Shown: positions 24,496-37,252 of the stretch, one piece after another
Layout: the number at the start of each line of letters is the position of its first letter
Position numbering within the stretch: the first letter of the stretch is position 1
From: Octopus sinensis
Lineage: Eukaryota
Length of the DNA stretch: 64,000 bases
NCBI RefSeq assembly: GCF_006345805.1
Contig: NC_043003.1
Span: forward strand, 106,330,001 to 106,394,000
Reading direction: 5' to 3'
The notes under the pieces: generated by a model
Databases searched by the model: none
What the model saw: the letters and a program-made list of their open reading frames with translations, nothing else
Told to the model about the DNA's origin: nothing
Made by a program: the position numbers and the translations under genes

Positions 24496-25639
24496 AACTC
24501 GCTGGAACCTGTCATTTTAAGGCGGCGAGCTGGCAGACACGTTAGCGCGCCGGGCGAAATGCTTAGCGGTATTTCGTCTGTCCTTACGTTGTGAGTTCAA
24601 ATTCCGCCGAGGTCGACTTTGCCTTTCGGGGTCGATAAAGTACCAGTTTCGCACTGGGTCGATGTAATCGAATTAATCCCTTTGTCTATCCTTGTTTGTC
24701 CCCTCGACATATCTAAAGATGAACATACACGGGCATAGGTGCGTCATGGAAAAGAATTGGCGAAAATCGGAAAGCATGGAGTTTTCGAAGGTTACAACGC
24801 CCTGGCGGCTAACAACCGACACATGTCGTTTATTCCATGCTTCAGCAAATTTGAACACGTGAGACATGTTTACAGAAGTAAAAGGTGCCGCACCTATTTT
24901 TGATCTTCCAAAGTGTGTCCACAGGTCACACGCGTGTGTGTGTGTCTCTCTCTCACGACTTGAGTTTCACACCAGAGTGACTTCACTGAAACTGGAGTCA
25001 CGAGACAAACCATCAACACTGTTTGTGTGTGTGTATAAGTCAATGTGAGAAGTACACGTAAGCCTTATTACAAAGAGCATTACAAGAGCTTTAGAGGGCC
25101 TTTGGTAAATTAGAAGAGCTGCACCAAGGAAAGATCAAAGAGACAACCGGGCCCAAGCGCACCTGTTGGCTATAGGTATCACCAAAGACGTGTTCAGTAT
25201 TAGTGAAAGAATGTATATTCGTTAGAAGCTGGTGCTTCACTTGGCAGATTCTCAGCTCATTGTTTGGTGAAATCCTTCGAGCAATAGCTGTGGGAGCAAC
25301 TATATACACAAGACGCAGGGACTTTATTGATGATATAGTTATTTCTCTGAACTTGCGAAAGAACCAAACTATTCTGATTAAGAGCACACGCAAGACTATC
25401 TGAGTGTGTACACCTGTTGTGAAGTAAAACGTTCGTCAAAGTGTTTCTTCGTAAATTCGAGTGTAGACAATTTTTTAAACTAGTGGCGGGTTTCTCCCAT
25501 AAGACGGATGCAAAGAGGAAGAACAAGTATCATTGTGTTAACCCAGTTTCATATAAACAAATTAGTGAAAACGAGAGAGAGAGAGAGAGAGAGAGAAATT
25601 AAAGAATAGAGAAGTAGTAAGGAGGGAGGAGAAGAGAAA
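24496..25639 (+). repeat. Local segmental duplication, copy 2
   Basis: Begins with the last 14-15 nt of the tRNA (AACTCGCTGGAACC) and matches 18755-19925. Confidence 0.95.
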
Positions 25640-26289
25640 TAGATTTTGCCTCAACCATGCAAAATAATCAAAAGAAGAGAAAATAGTTTACTAAAATTTC
25701 AGGAGGCTGTTTACTGTGATGCAGTTTCTGGTTGTTGAGTCTTAACAAGTGACTGCAACATCATCATTGTCATCATTTAAAATCCGCTTTCCATGCTGGC
25801 ATGCATTGAACAGTTTAACAGGAACTCTGACTTACAAAAAGCTTTCATTTCCAAGTACTCTGTACTCTAATTTCAAATCCAACAAAGATTAAATCAATCT
25901 GTCATTCTTCCAGAATCGATACAGTTGTTAGCGCATCAGCCAAAGTACAAATATGGTAAACATGGTACCAAGCAATAAACAGAGATCAAACTGCTCCAGA
26001 GGTTTACAAAACCAAAGATGTTATTTTGCCAGTGATAGTTTGATTTTCTTCATAAATCTAAAGGACAAATACTTAACTATTGTTTTAGGTCATAAAAATG
26101 CTCAGCAAATGCTTGTAAAACAGTTCCCCATTTCTCTTTGCCGTGCAAATGACAAGGTCACAGTCATCAACAGAATTGTTTCATTGTTGTCAATGTTTTT
26201 CTCTCCAATGCATATTGGATATTCTGGCATTTAGGTTGAAGTCTGTCTTTCTTTTTATATGTGGTCTGCTGTATAAAAGTATTGCTTTT

Positions 26290-26712
26290 CTACTCTAGGC
26301 ACGAGGCCTGAAATTTTGGGGGAGGGGGCCAGCCAATTAGATTGACCCTAGTATGCAACTGGTACTTAATTTATCAACTCCGAAAGGAGAAAAGGCAAAG
26401 TCAACCTCGGCAGAATTTGAACTCAGAATGTAAAGACAGATGAAATACTGCTAAGCATTTTGCCTGGTGTGCTAACATCTCTTATTTCTTTATTGCCCAC
26501 AAGGGGCTAAACATAGAGGGGACAAACAAGGACAGACAAAGAGATTAAGTCAATTACATCGACCCCAGTGCGTAACTGGTACTTAATTTATCGGCCCCAA
26601 AAGGATGAAAGGTAAAGTCAACCTTGGCGGAATTTGAACTCAGAATGTAAAGACAGACGAAATACCGTTAAGCATTTCGCCCGGTGTGCTAACGTTTCTG
26701 CCAGCTTGCTGT
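26290..26712 (-). mobile_element. Two tandem SINE family B copies
   Basis: Two GGTACTTAATTTATC...GAATTTGAACTCAG units at about 26290-26480 and 26485-26712. Confidence 0.85.
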
Positions 26713-26989
26713 CTTGCTGTTTAAATATATTGCATCAGTAGCTTCTGACACTGTGTTATTTCAGAAAGCAATTGGAAGTTCAAAATAAAATATACAATGT
26801 AACAATGGTTTCTGACAACTTGTTTATCAGATTTGATCATCACTGATTCAGGATAACATGATACATGTGAACCATATTATGTTCATCACTGATTGATCTG
26901 TAATAACATGGGTCAATACTGAGTCAAAGATTCTACTTGGAGCATAAAAACATGCCCCAGTGACCATTTCCAATGCTCAGGTGTTCAGA

Positions 26990-27360
26990 ATGCAACAAGC
27001 ACAAGAATGCTTCCCAACCACTTGGTTCTGGGTTCAGTCCCACTGCATGGAACTTTGGGCAAGTGTCTTCTACTATAGCCTCAGGCTGACCAAAGCATTG
27101 TGAGAGGATTTGGTAGACGGAAACTGAAAGAAGCTGGTCATCTATATTTGTGTGTGTGTGTGTGTGTGTTTATCCCCTACCACTGCCTGGCAACTGGTAA
27201 TGGTGTGTTTATGTCCCCATAACTTAGCAGTTTGGCCAAAGATCCTGATAGAATAAGAACCAGGATTAAAAAGAAGTTTTAGGGTCAATTCATTTAACCA
27301 AAATTTGAGGTGATGCCCCAGCATGGCCGTAGTCTAATGACTGAAACAAGTAAAAGAAAG
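26990..27360 (+). mobile_element. SINE family A, diverged
   Basis: GGGTTCAGTCCCACTGC, GGAAACTGAAAGAAGC and tail present. Confidence 0.8.
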
Positions 27361-28230
27361 AAGACAGGAGTTTTGTCTGTATGATTGTGTTGTGAGGCTG
27401 CTTATGTTTTTTATACAGATTTATGTACTTGATTGAAGCCATCAACAGGGGAACTGTGGCCATGCTGGGGCAACACCTTGAAGAATTTTTAGTCAAATGG
27501 ATCAACCCTGATACTTTTTTTTTTTAAGCCTGCTACCTATTGTATTGGTTTCTTTTTGTTGAACTGCTTAGTAATAGGGACAGAAACAAACCAACATCAG
27601 TTGTGAAGCAGTGGTGTGAGAGACACAGCGAAGAGAAAAACAAATACAAAGGCGTTTGATCCAAACAAACAATGCAGGCAAGTGTACTCTTTACAGGAAA
27701 AAAAGTATAGAGGATCAGAAAGACATGTGATGGTAGAGTGTTTGCTGACGTGAGCCGTGGGTTTGGTGTCAATGAATCTTCTATTCATTCCATTTATAAA
27801 GTGCATGGAGAAGATACATTTATCATTGTGTTTTGGGGGGGAACTAAACCCACGTGATAAATGGAAATAGATGTGTGTGTATGAAAGCCCAAGTATTCCC
27901 AAAATAACAGTATAAAATAAAAGATCTACATTATGAAACGTATGGATTTTCTTTTGTGTATAAAAATATATCTTATATTGTGACAACAATTAACACATAT
28001 CTGTCTCGGCTAGCGGTCAGGTGACTGTCGTAGCCAGCTCAAAAGATAATAGCTGAAATGCTTAACACATCTAAAAGCATTTCAGCTGGAGTGCGTTGTG
28101 GCTGTTTAGCCCAAGGTCAGTCCCGACAGAACAGGTCAATGATCAAAGATATTCCAACCAGCACCATCTCATCTTATATTCAAAAACTGTGCCTAGAACC
28201 ACATTGGGTCGTTTTTCTTTTGCTTCTCTT

Positions 28231-28574
28231 TTCTCTTTTACTTGTTTCAGTCATTTTGACTGCGGCCATGCTGGAGCACCGCCTTTAGTACTTATTCTAC
28301 CGGTCACTTTTTGCCGAACCGCTAAGTGACGGGGACGTAAACACACCAGCATCAGTTGTCAAGCAATGCTAGGGGGACAAACACAGACACACAAACACAC
28401 ATACATATATATATACGACAGGCTTCTTTCAGTTTCCGTCTACCAAATCCACTCACAAGGCATTGGTCGGCTCGGGGCTATAGCAGAAGACACTTGCCCA
28501 AGATGCCACGCAGTGGGACTGAACCCGGAACCATGTGGTTGGTTAGCAAGCTACTTACCACACAGCCACTCCTG
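28231..28574 (-). mobile_element. SINE family A with internal deletion
   Basis: Consensus-like head and tail; followed by degenerate copies to about 29720. Confidence 0.88.
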
Positions 28575-29993
28575 TTCCTCCTACTTGTTTCAATCATTGA
28601 GCTTTGGCCATACTGGTGCACCACCTTTAAGGGTTGAGTGAAACAAATCAAACCAAGTGCTTACTTCTAAGTTTGGTACTTATGCTATCAGTCAATTTTG
28701 TCGAAACACCGAGGGAACACAAACAAACCAGCACCGGCTGTTAAGCAGTGGACAAACTGACGCACACATATACGATGGGCTTCCATATATTATTTGTCAA
28801 CCAGATCCACTGACAAGGCTTTGGTTGGCCGGGCCACAGTAGAAGACACCCAGGGTGCCATGCAGCGGGACCAAACCCAAAACTCCCAAAACTACTGAGT
28901 TTTTAACCACACACACACACACAAGCCTATGTCTATTTCTATAGTCTTTTTTTTTTACTTTAACGAGTTGGATATGACTTCAGAAAGATTTAGCTGCTCT
29001 TTCTAGCACATGAAACAAACCACGTAGTTGCCCATATTGGCTGACATTCTGTTGGGTTTTCCTGAATGCTAATAACCTGATATTCTCTGAACAATCTTTA
29101 CTATTCATAGAGCCACCAATCAACTTTCCATCTTGTCAACAGGATGCTCAACTTACCTGGCAAAGCTGATAATGGGAATTTTATGACTCGTTAAAAGGCG
29201 TGACTGTGTTAAAGGAACTGGATTTCCAACCAGGTGACTTCAGGTTCAGCCCCATTGTGTGACATCTTGTCCAAGTGTCTCCTACTATGGTACCAAGCTG
29301 TCCAAAGACTTGTGAACGGATTTGGGAGATGGAAACTGAAAGAAGCCTCTGTGTGTGAGTGTGTGTGTATGTGTATATAAATATATATATATATACATAC
29401 ATACACACACATGTATATATGTATCTTGTACTTGTTTCAATCACTGGACTGTGGCCATGCTGGGGCAACACCCTGAAGAATTTTTAGTCAAATGGATCAA
29501 CCCTGATACTTTTTTTTTTAAGCCTGCTATCTATTGTATTGGTCTCTTTTTTGTTGAACTGCTTAGTAATAGGGACAGAAACAAACCAACATCAGTTGTG
29601 AAGCAGTGGTGTGAGAGACACAAAAATCTAGATACATACACAATGGGCTTTCTCCAGTTTCCAACAACGAAATCCACTCACAACACTCTGGTCAGCCTGG
29701 GGCTATAGTTGAAAACCCTTGTCTGGCCATGGGGAAATATTATTACCTTACTTGAAGATAGATGAGAGTTGGTGATTGGAAGAGCATCCAGCCATAGAAA
29801 ATCTGCTTCAACAAAGCATGGAAAAGTGGATGCTAAAAGTGAATTAATTTCAGACTTATAAGCCATACATATTAACATATATTATTCAAGTTGGTACTGC
29901 TGCTACATAGATTAATACCACTGCTATTATATAATTAGATTTTCAGTTATATAGATTAACCTACAGAGTTAAAATTGCCTTCAGCATAACATA

Positions 29994-30697
29994 CAGGGTA
30001 ATTGAAAAGTAACTTCCTATTTTAAAATAATTATAAATTATTCATTACGGAGATGTACTTGCATAGCAAGTGACCTGATGTGAGAGCATGTGTTGAAAAA
30101 AAAACAATTACAGTGTGGAAGGTGTTTATAAGCCATTTAAAAACACACAAAAACCGTTAGATTAACCTCAACATTTAAATTTAATTTGCCAAAATATTTG
30201 TCACTTTGAGACTGGGACCTGATCACTGACAAAATTAAATATAAATTATTTATTATTTGTAATTTTTTTCTCATTTTTTTTTCTGTGTTTGTTTTTTGCA
30301 GTATGTAATCGTTCGTAAATAGCTGAATGTCCACTTCCCCCCAGGGGATGGATGGGTCATCGTGGTCCACATGAGTGGCCATTCAGGAATCCCGACTTTC
30401 TTTGGAGTTGATTAAAGGAACAAGTTTACCATACCAAACCAAAGACTTTGGAAGAACTTGAAGGGGCGAATACGAGAAGTTATATGCCTTCCTTCCTACC
30501 AGAGTTCCTGGTGAATTCAGTTGAGGCAATTTTGGAGCAACTCGAAAAACTGGTGGTGACACCTGGAACCCATATTGAATTTTAAATAAAACCTCATACT
30601 AATAGCTTTCCTTTCATATCCATTTTTCTGTAAAAATTACAGTTAATAAATAATTTATAAGTATTTTAAAATAAGAAGTTACTTTTTAATCACCCTA
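29994..30697 (+). mobile_element. Internally deleted Tc1/mariner element with TIRs and TA target duplication
   Basis: TIR CAGGGTAATTGAAAAGTAACTTCCTATTTTAAAATA versus TAGGGTGATTAAAAAGTAACTTCTTATTTTAAAATA, with TA flanks; residual LKEQVYHTKPKTLEELE...THIEF-stop at about 30410-30590. Confidence 0.85.
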
Positions 30698-30960
30698 TAT
30701 ATTTGGATACAAGATCACAAGGTTTTGAATTTGATCCTCTTGACTATTATTATTTTGTGTCTTTCCCATTGGTCAAGTTGTCACAGCGATCAGGTGTAGC
30801 AGTGAAGTGCTGGTGTAGTTTTCTCTCTCTCTCTCTCCAGCTGTTACGTCCTGGATGTCCGACTGGGTAAAGGCTGGGAGACTGACTTCAGACACTTCAA
30901 ACAATTAACAGAAGCATGGTACAGGCTAGGAGGACATCTCTGACTGTCAGCTTATATATA

Positions 30961-31172
30961 TGTTTCTATATTGCCCACAAGAGGCTAAACATAGAGGGGA
31001 CAAACGAATTAAGTCAATTACATCAACCCCAGTGTGTAACTGGTACTTAATTTATCGACCCTGAAAGGCAAAGTCGACCTCGGTGGAATTTGAACTCAGA
31101 ACGTAACAGCAGACGAAATATGGCTATGCATTTCGCCCGGCGTGCTAACGATTCAGCCAGCTCGCCGCCTTT
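30961..31172 (-). mobile_element. SINE family B
   Basis: Complete head CAGCTCGCCGCC on the + strand, plus body. Confidence 0.9.
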
Positions 31173-31794
31173 TGTCAGCTTATATATAATAAGCATGTGA
31201 TGGTACTTGGCCAAGAGGCTAGGGTGTTGCACTCATGATCAAGCAATCGTCGGTTCAATTCCCAGGATGGACAGCATGCCGTGTTCTTGAGCAAGAGACT
31301 TCATTTCATAGTACTCCAGTCCACTTAACTGCAAATGGGTAACTCTGCAACAGGGGAAATGTTGGCCTGTTCAGCTAGCCTGTAGGGTGGCATCATTCAA
31401 AGGTTAAAACAATGCAAAGCGCATTGTGATCAGCGATGTATAACATCTAATAGTCTGGTTAATATCGTGATATATAAGTATTGCTGTGTGATTAAGAAGG
31501 TCACTTTGCAACCACATATTTCAGGTTCTATTTCACAACACCTTGGGCAAAGTTTTCTACCATAACTTAGACCAATGAATGCCTTTTAAGTGAATTTGGT
31601 TGATGGAAACTGTGTGGAAGCCTGTTGTGTGTGTTGGTTTATTTACGTCCTCATAACAGTCTGCTCAAAGAGCTTGATAGAATAAGTACCAGACTTAAAA
31701 GACTAAATACTGGTTGATTCGGTCAACAAACCTTACAATGTGTTACCCCACCCTGACCACTGTCTAATGACTAAAACTATATGTGGGTGGGTGG

Positions 31795-32190
31795 GTGGGT
31801 GTATAGATAGATAGGTGGCACGTAAAAAGCAACATCCCAACATGGCCGATACTAGTGCCCCCTGACTGGCTCCCATGGCAATGGCACATAAAAAGCACCA
31901 TCCGAATGTGATCAATGCCAGGACTCGCTGACTGGCTACTGTGCCTGTGACACGTAAAAAGCAGTACCTGAACGTGATCGATGCCAGGGCCACCTGACTG
32001 GCTCCTGTGCTGGTGGTATGTAAAAAGCACCATCAGAATGTGGCCAACACCTGTGCCCCGTAACTGGCTCCCGTGCTGGTGGCACGTAAGAAGCACCCAC
32101 TACACTCTCGGAGTGGTCGGCATTAAAAAAGGCATCCAGCTGTAGAAACATTGCTAGATCAGATTGGAGCCTGGTGCAGCCCCCTAGCTA
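31795..32190 (+). mobile_element. Family C copy with about 5 GGCACGTAAAAAGCA modules
   Basis: Degenerate ~60-bp repeats followed by the GGCATCCAGCTGTAGAAAC core. Confidence 0.85.
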
Positions 32191-32475
32191 GTACTTCCTT
32201 ACTCTATGTACTGCTTTTGTGGCAAATTTAATGAAATAAGATTATAATTTCTCAAACTATATGCCTCGTTTTTGAAAATGAAGAATTTTAAAATTGATAT
32301 TTACACAACATATTTGATGTATTCTCCAAACGACATCAAGCATCTTACTCTTGGATATGTATATAATGCCAAATTAGTTTTGAATTAGGAATCATTTATA
32401 AACAAAGGGTAATAACACTGTGCCTATAAGAGAATTATAAAGAATATTCTTCACGGGATCTGTTTTAAACAATTC

Positions 32476-32870
32476 TCTTTCTCTTTTCTCTTTTACTTGT
32501 TTCAGTCATTTGACTGCGGCCATGCTGGAGCACCACCTTTAGTCGAGCAAATCGACCCCAGGACTTATTCTTTGTAAGCCCAGTACTTATTCTATCGGTC
32601 TCTTTTACCGAACCGCTAAGTGACGGGGACGTAAACACACCAGCAATGCTAGGGGGACAAACACAGACACACAAACATACACACACATACATATATATAT
32701 ACATATATACGACAGGCTTTTTTCAGTTTCCGTCTACAAAATCCACTCACAAGGCATTGGTCGGCCCGGGGCTATAGCAGAAGACACTTGCCCAAGATGC
32801 CATGCAGTGGGACTGAACCCAGAACCATGTGGTTGGTAAGCAAGCTACTTACCACACAGCCACTCCTGCG
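32476..32870 (-). mobile_element. SINE family A
   Basis: Consensus-like. Confidence 0.9.
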
Positions 32871-33269
32871 CATATTTTTTTTCTTTTTGTCTTTGAATTT
32901 TGAAGGTTCCAAGCATACAAGAGGGTATTCTTGCATTATATATACTAAGGACTTCCTGCAACCATGTTCACCATTCACTGCATTCCTTTAATCCTTCTTT
33001 TGCACCCTTGTAAACTTACTTGCCCTGCCACCCTGTCTAATCTTCTGTAGCACTTATGTTCACCCACCTGTAACTTGAGGGTACACCTCAACATACCTTC
33101 CCCATCATCTCTCTTTTTTCCAACTGAGGTAGGCATGTCTCTTCTTAACAGCAACACACCTGTTGCTATCCCTCTTAATCTCTCGTCACCTGACACAAAG
33201 CCACATCCCTCTGAACCACTCCCCACCCCCACTCTGCTGAGAGGTCTTGTCTTATGAGTTACTCAGTGA

Positions 33270-33470
33270 CTTCACTGGTGCTGGTGTCATGTAAAAGGCT
33301 CCCTGTACACACTGTAAAGTGGTTGGCATTAGGAAGGGCATCCAGCCCTAGAAACTATTACAAAGCAGACATTGGTGCCTGATGCAGTCCTCTGGCTTGT
33401 TGACCCCTGTCAAACTATCCAACCCATGCCCAACATCAAAAATGGACATTAAATGGAGATGATGATGTTG
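33270..33470 (+). mobile_element. Family C diverged copy
   Basis: GGTTGGCATTAGGAAGGGCATCCAGC core and GATGAT tail. Confidence 0.75.
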
Positions 33471-33623
33471 AGCGTTTTGAGAAAAGTGAGATTGAATTTA
33501 ACAAGAAAATATTGACTTCCTTGATGACCCTTTCTCAATTCTTTTAGATTTCAAGACTTCTTCTTGCCAAATAGTTTTGCTCCAATCCTCACACGCTCTT
33601 CAAAATGGTGTATGTTACACATT

Positions 33624-33986
33624 ACTCTTTACTCTTTTACTTGTTTCAGTCCTTTGACTGCGGCCATGCTGGAGCACCGCCTTTAGTCGAGCAAATCGAC
33701 CCCGGGACTTATTCTTTGTAAGCCCAGTACTTATTCTATCAGTCTCTTTTGCCGAACCAGCATCGGTTGTCAAGCAATGCTAGGGGGACAAACACACACA
33801 TACATATATATATACATATATATGACAGGCTTCTTTCAGTTTCCGCCTACCAAATCCACTCACAAGGCATTGGTCGGCCCGGGGCTATAGCAGAAGACAC
33901 TTGCCCAAGATGCCACGCAGTGGGACTGAACCCGGAACCATGTGGTTGTTTAGCAAGCTACTTACCACACAGCTACTCCTGCACCT
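33624..33986 (-). mobile_element. SINE family A
   Basis: Consensus-like with an internal deletion. Confidence 0.9.
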
Positions 33987-34602
33987 ACATTATGGAAGAT
34001 ATTCAAAGCATTTTGAATTATTAGTTATTCTAGCACTGCAAAAGGCTGTCTTTGCATGTACCATATTCCAAGAATATAAATTCTATTCCTTCTATTAGAA
34101 TTTATGTAAAACTAGTTTTTGTTGTGGCTATTTTGTTCTGCAACTCAGAGAGAGAGAGAGAGAGTGGGGAGAAGGATGCCAGCTGAACAAATTATACATT
34201 GTGAATACTGTATATAATTAAGCTTTGTTAGAAATGGTAACAAAATTAGAAAAGTGATAACATGACAATCATTTCAACACGTGACATACATTCATACACA
34301 TATATACATACATGAATACTATAACAGTGTGTGAGTGTATGCACACACATATATATATATAGTATACAACACTACAAACACATAACATTCGTACTACAAT
34401 ATACACACATAAAAGGCATCCTTACTTTGTGACATTCATATACATTATCGGACTTGCAAGTATCAGACACACACACACACACACGTGTGTGAATGTGTGT
34501 TCACACCCGCACTCAAAGAAATAAACAACGATGTCTGTTTTTCTTTCTCTAGCGAAGGGCTTCAGAGATAGCGAGATTCTTTTCCTCAGACGGAATGTGC
34601 AC

Positions 34603-34640
34603 ACTTACCAAATTTACGAACTCCCCCCGCCCCACACAGA
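34603..34640 (-). promoter_or_regulatory. Candidate non-coding first-exon donor with GC box
   Basis: TTG|GTAAGT donor at 34609/34608 and GGGCGGGGGG about 20 nt away, in a visibly CpG-rich region. Confidence 0.25.
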
Positions 34641-36633
34641 CAAACGTGTGTGTGTGTGTGGTGTGTGTGTGTGTCGGTTTCGATTATGAATGTTCCAGTT
34701 ATTCAATCCTTTCAACTGCCAACTCGTTGAATATTATAAGTGTTAGTGACCGAGTACTACACGTAGACAACATAATATTCGGGTAGAATCGGCGTGACAC
34801 GATCGGACATGATTGTCGCTTCCGAATTCTAGTTCGCCTGCATTTGGTAAAAAGACCTGCCCAAGATGCCACGTACGAAGTGCGATCAAATCCAGGACCT
34901 CGTAATTGCAAAGCCGTCTTCTTAATCACTCGGCTAATGACTGTTATTTCCTTTATTGGCCACAAGGGCCCAAAACATCGAGGACAACAGCAAAGGACGA
35001 ACTACAACACAAAACGGTGGTGGTCTACACTGATCGTAACAACAACATCCTACAGACACAGGAAATGTATAAACACACACGCACACTGTTATATAAAACC
35101 GTTGCCTTCAGATGTCTACTAGATCTGTTAGTTTAGCCATGAAAAAGAGAAGGAAACACAAGAAGGAAGGAAGGAGACGGATTCCAGAATATAACTCGAC
35201 TACAGACCGCTGTCGCCGCCACCACTTTGGTGCTCGACAGAAGTTAACTAAAAAGAAAACACACACACACACAGATTCCATAGTGGCGTGATGGTGGTGG
35301 TGGTTGTGGTGGTGGTACAAGAGAAATAATAATAAAGATAGATAAATGCAATAAAAGGTTTGATTTCTGGCATAATCAAGAACACCTTATATTCACAGGT
35401 GGATTGGGAAAATGTGAAGTTATGGCCTTCATGCATTTTCCCACTGATATCAACCTCTTCACTTAATGTCAACAGTATTGAACCTGAATAGGAATCTGGC
35501 AAGATTTCGTCAACTAAAATCTACGTAGCATATTGATACTGGGGTTGTTATTCCATTGGCCCAGGCGGGACTCGAACTCAAATTTGGTGAAAGGCGAAAT
35601 TAAATACGATATGCAAAAGAATTTTGCCGTTCCAGTATCCTCCCCCCTTCATCTATACCCCTATGGCTAATAAAAGAAATATTATTATTATTATTATTTC
35701 GGGTTTTTTTCTTTACGTTCTGAGCTAAAATTCCGCCGAAGCCAAACTTTGCTTTTCATCTTTATGAGGTCGATAAAATAAAGTACCAGCTGAGTACTGG
35801 AGTCGATGTAACTAACCCCTCCACCAAAATTTCAGGCCTTGTCCAGTAGAAAGAATTATAATTATTATGTTTATTATTAAGGACAACCGATAAAATATGT
35901 ATTAAACGATAACTTGTGAAGATAGACAAAAATCAGTGTCAGACAAGAGAAGAAAGGACGGATGGAGTACGGCGTGGGGGGGAGAGAGTACAGAGATGGA
36001 GGGGGGGCGCTTTGCATGGGTCTTCTTCGCTTTTTTTTAAATTTTCTTTCTTTTTTTTTGCTTTTTTTTTTCTTGAACGCCCACAAAGCAAAACGAAAAA
36101 TGGTATTCTGGCGCGAACAAGATTTCGACAACACGAACTTGTTGAAGTCCAAATAGACACGAGACAGGGTGCATAAGTTTGGAAAGGGGTTTCAGGAAAT
36201 TAGAGGAAAGACAGAAAGTAAAGAATTAAGGACAGCAAAGAAGCGGATAGAATTATAGACGAAGACAAAGAAAGAAAGAAGTAATAAAAAGAGGGAAAAG
36301 TATTAGAATACGAAGAATAAGATAGAAGAGTATGAGAATGTGGAAGATTAACAAAGACCCTGAGAGGAAATGGTAAACACATTTACAATCAAGAATATAA
36401 AATATTGAAGAGCATCTTTTAAGAAATAGTAAATGTCATGTGTTTGCGAAATGTTTGACACAGAATTTGGGGCGGGATGATGGTAATTATAACTCTCAGA
36501 TGCTCTCATAAACAGACACACACACACACACTTAAGAAGGATAATAAGAAAAACAATTAATGGGATCAATTAGCCAACGTTGATAACAAAAAAATCAAAT
36601 GTTGTTTATCAGAACACTGACATATTATGTTTA

Positions 36634-36668
<35 letters not shown>

Positions 36669-36784
36669 CACGTTTATCAACTCTGTGCAAGAACTGAATC
36701 CAGATGTTGACTTTTTTTTTTGTTCTACATTATATGCATGTTAAATGTTATCGACCTAACAGTTCAAAATAATAAGCAAATTGA

Positions 36785-36810
36785 ATGCACTGTGTGTGTG
36801 TGTGTGCATA

Positions 36811-36854
<44 letters not shown>

Positions 36855-37100
36855 GTATGTATATGTATGTATATATATATATTTTTTTTTTATATGTATG
36901 TATAATATTTATATATATGTATATATATATATTTATATATATATGTATATATATATATTTAAATATATATGTATATATATATATATTTAAATATATATAT
37001 ATATATTTATATATATGTATATATATATATTTAAATATATATTTAAATATATATATGTGTGTATATATATATATACACACCATATATGTGTGTATATATA
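36785..37100. repeat. Complex (AT)n microsatellite
   Basis: About 315 bp almost entirely AT dinucleotide variants. Similar tracts lie at 45607-45760, 47160-47580, 50410-50595 and 60790-61046 (TG/ATGC). Confidence 0.95.
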
Positions 37101-37237
37101 TGAAGTTAAAAATGGCTTAATTTATAATGACAGCTATAATTGAGAATAGAAAACGATGTATTATTAATGTGAGGTGTTATGAGTTGAAAACAGTTAGAAT
37201 TTGAAATGTAAATTCGCCCGAGGCTTTGACAACTTAC

Positions 37238-37252
37238 CCTCACCTCTGCCAT
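37238..37252 (-). CDS. Candidate first coding exon (MAEVR, or MAE) of a minus-strand gene
   Basis: Good Kozak context CTACCATGG, then GAG|GTGAGG or AGG|GTAAGT donors; CpG-rich upstream sequence with TGACGT and TCAGT at about 37385-37395. Confidence 0.45.

Noticed and set aside
35340-35520. Possible exon (plus strand VDWENVKLWPSCIFPL or minus strand DEILPDSYSG)
   Set aside because: It is open on both strands with only mediocre splice sites, and no homology was recognised.
36785-37120. Y/I-rich ORFs here and at 45.5, 47.1-47.9, 50.3 and 60.7-61.1 kb
   Set aside because: They are translations of dinucleotide microsatellites.
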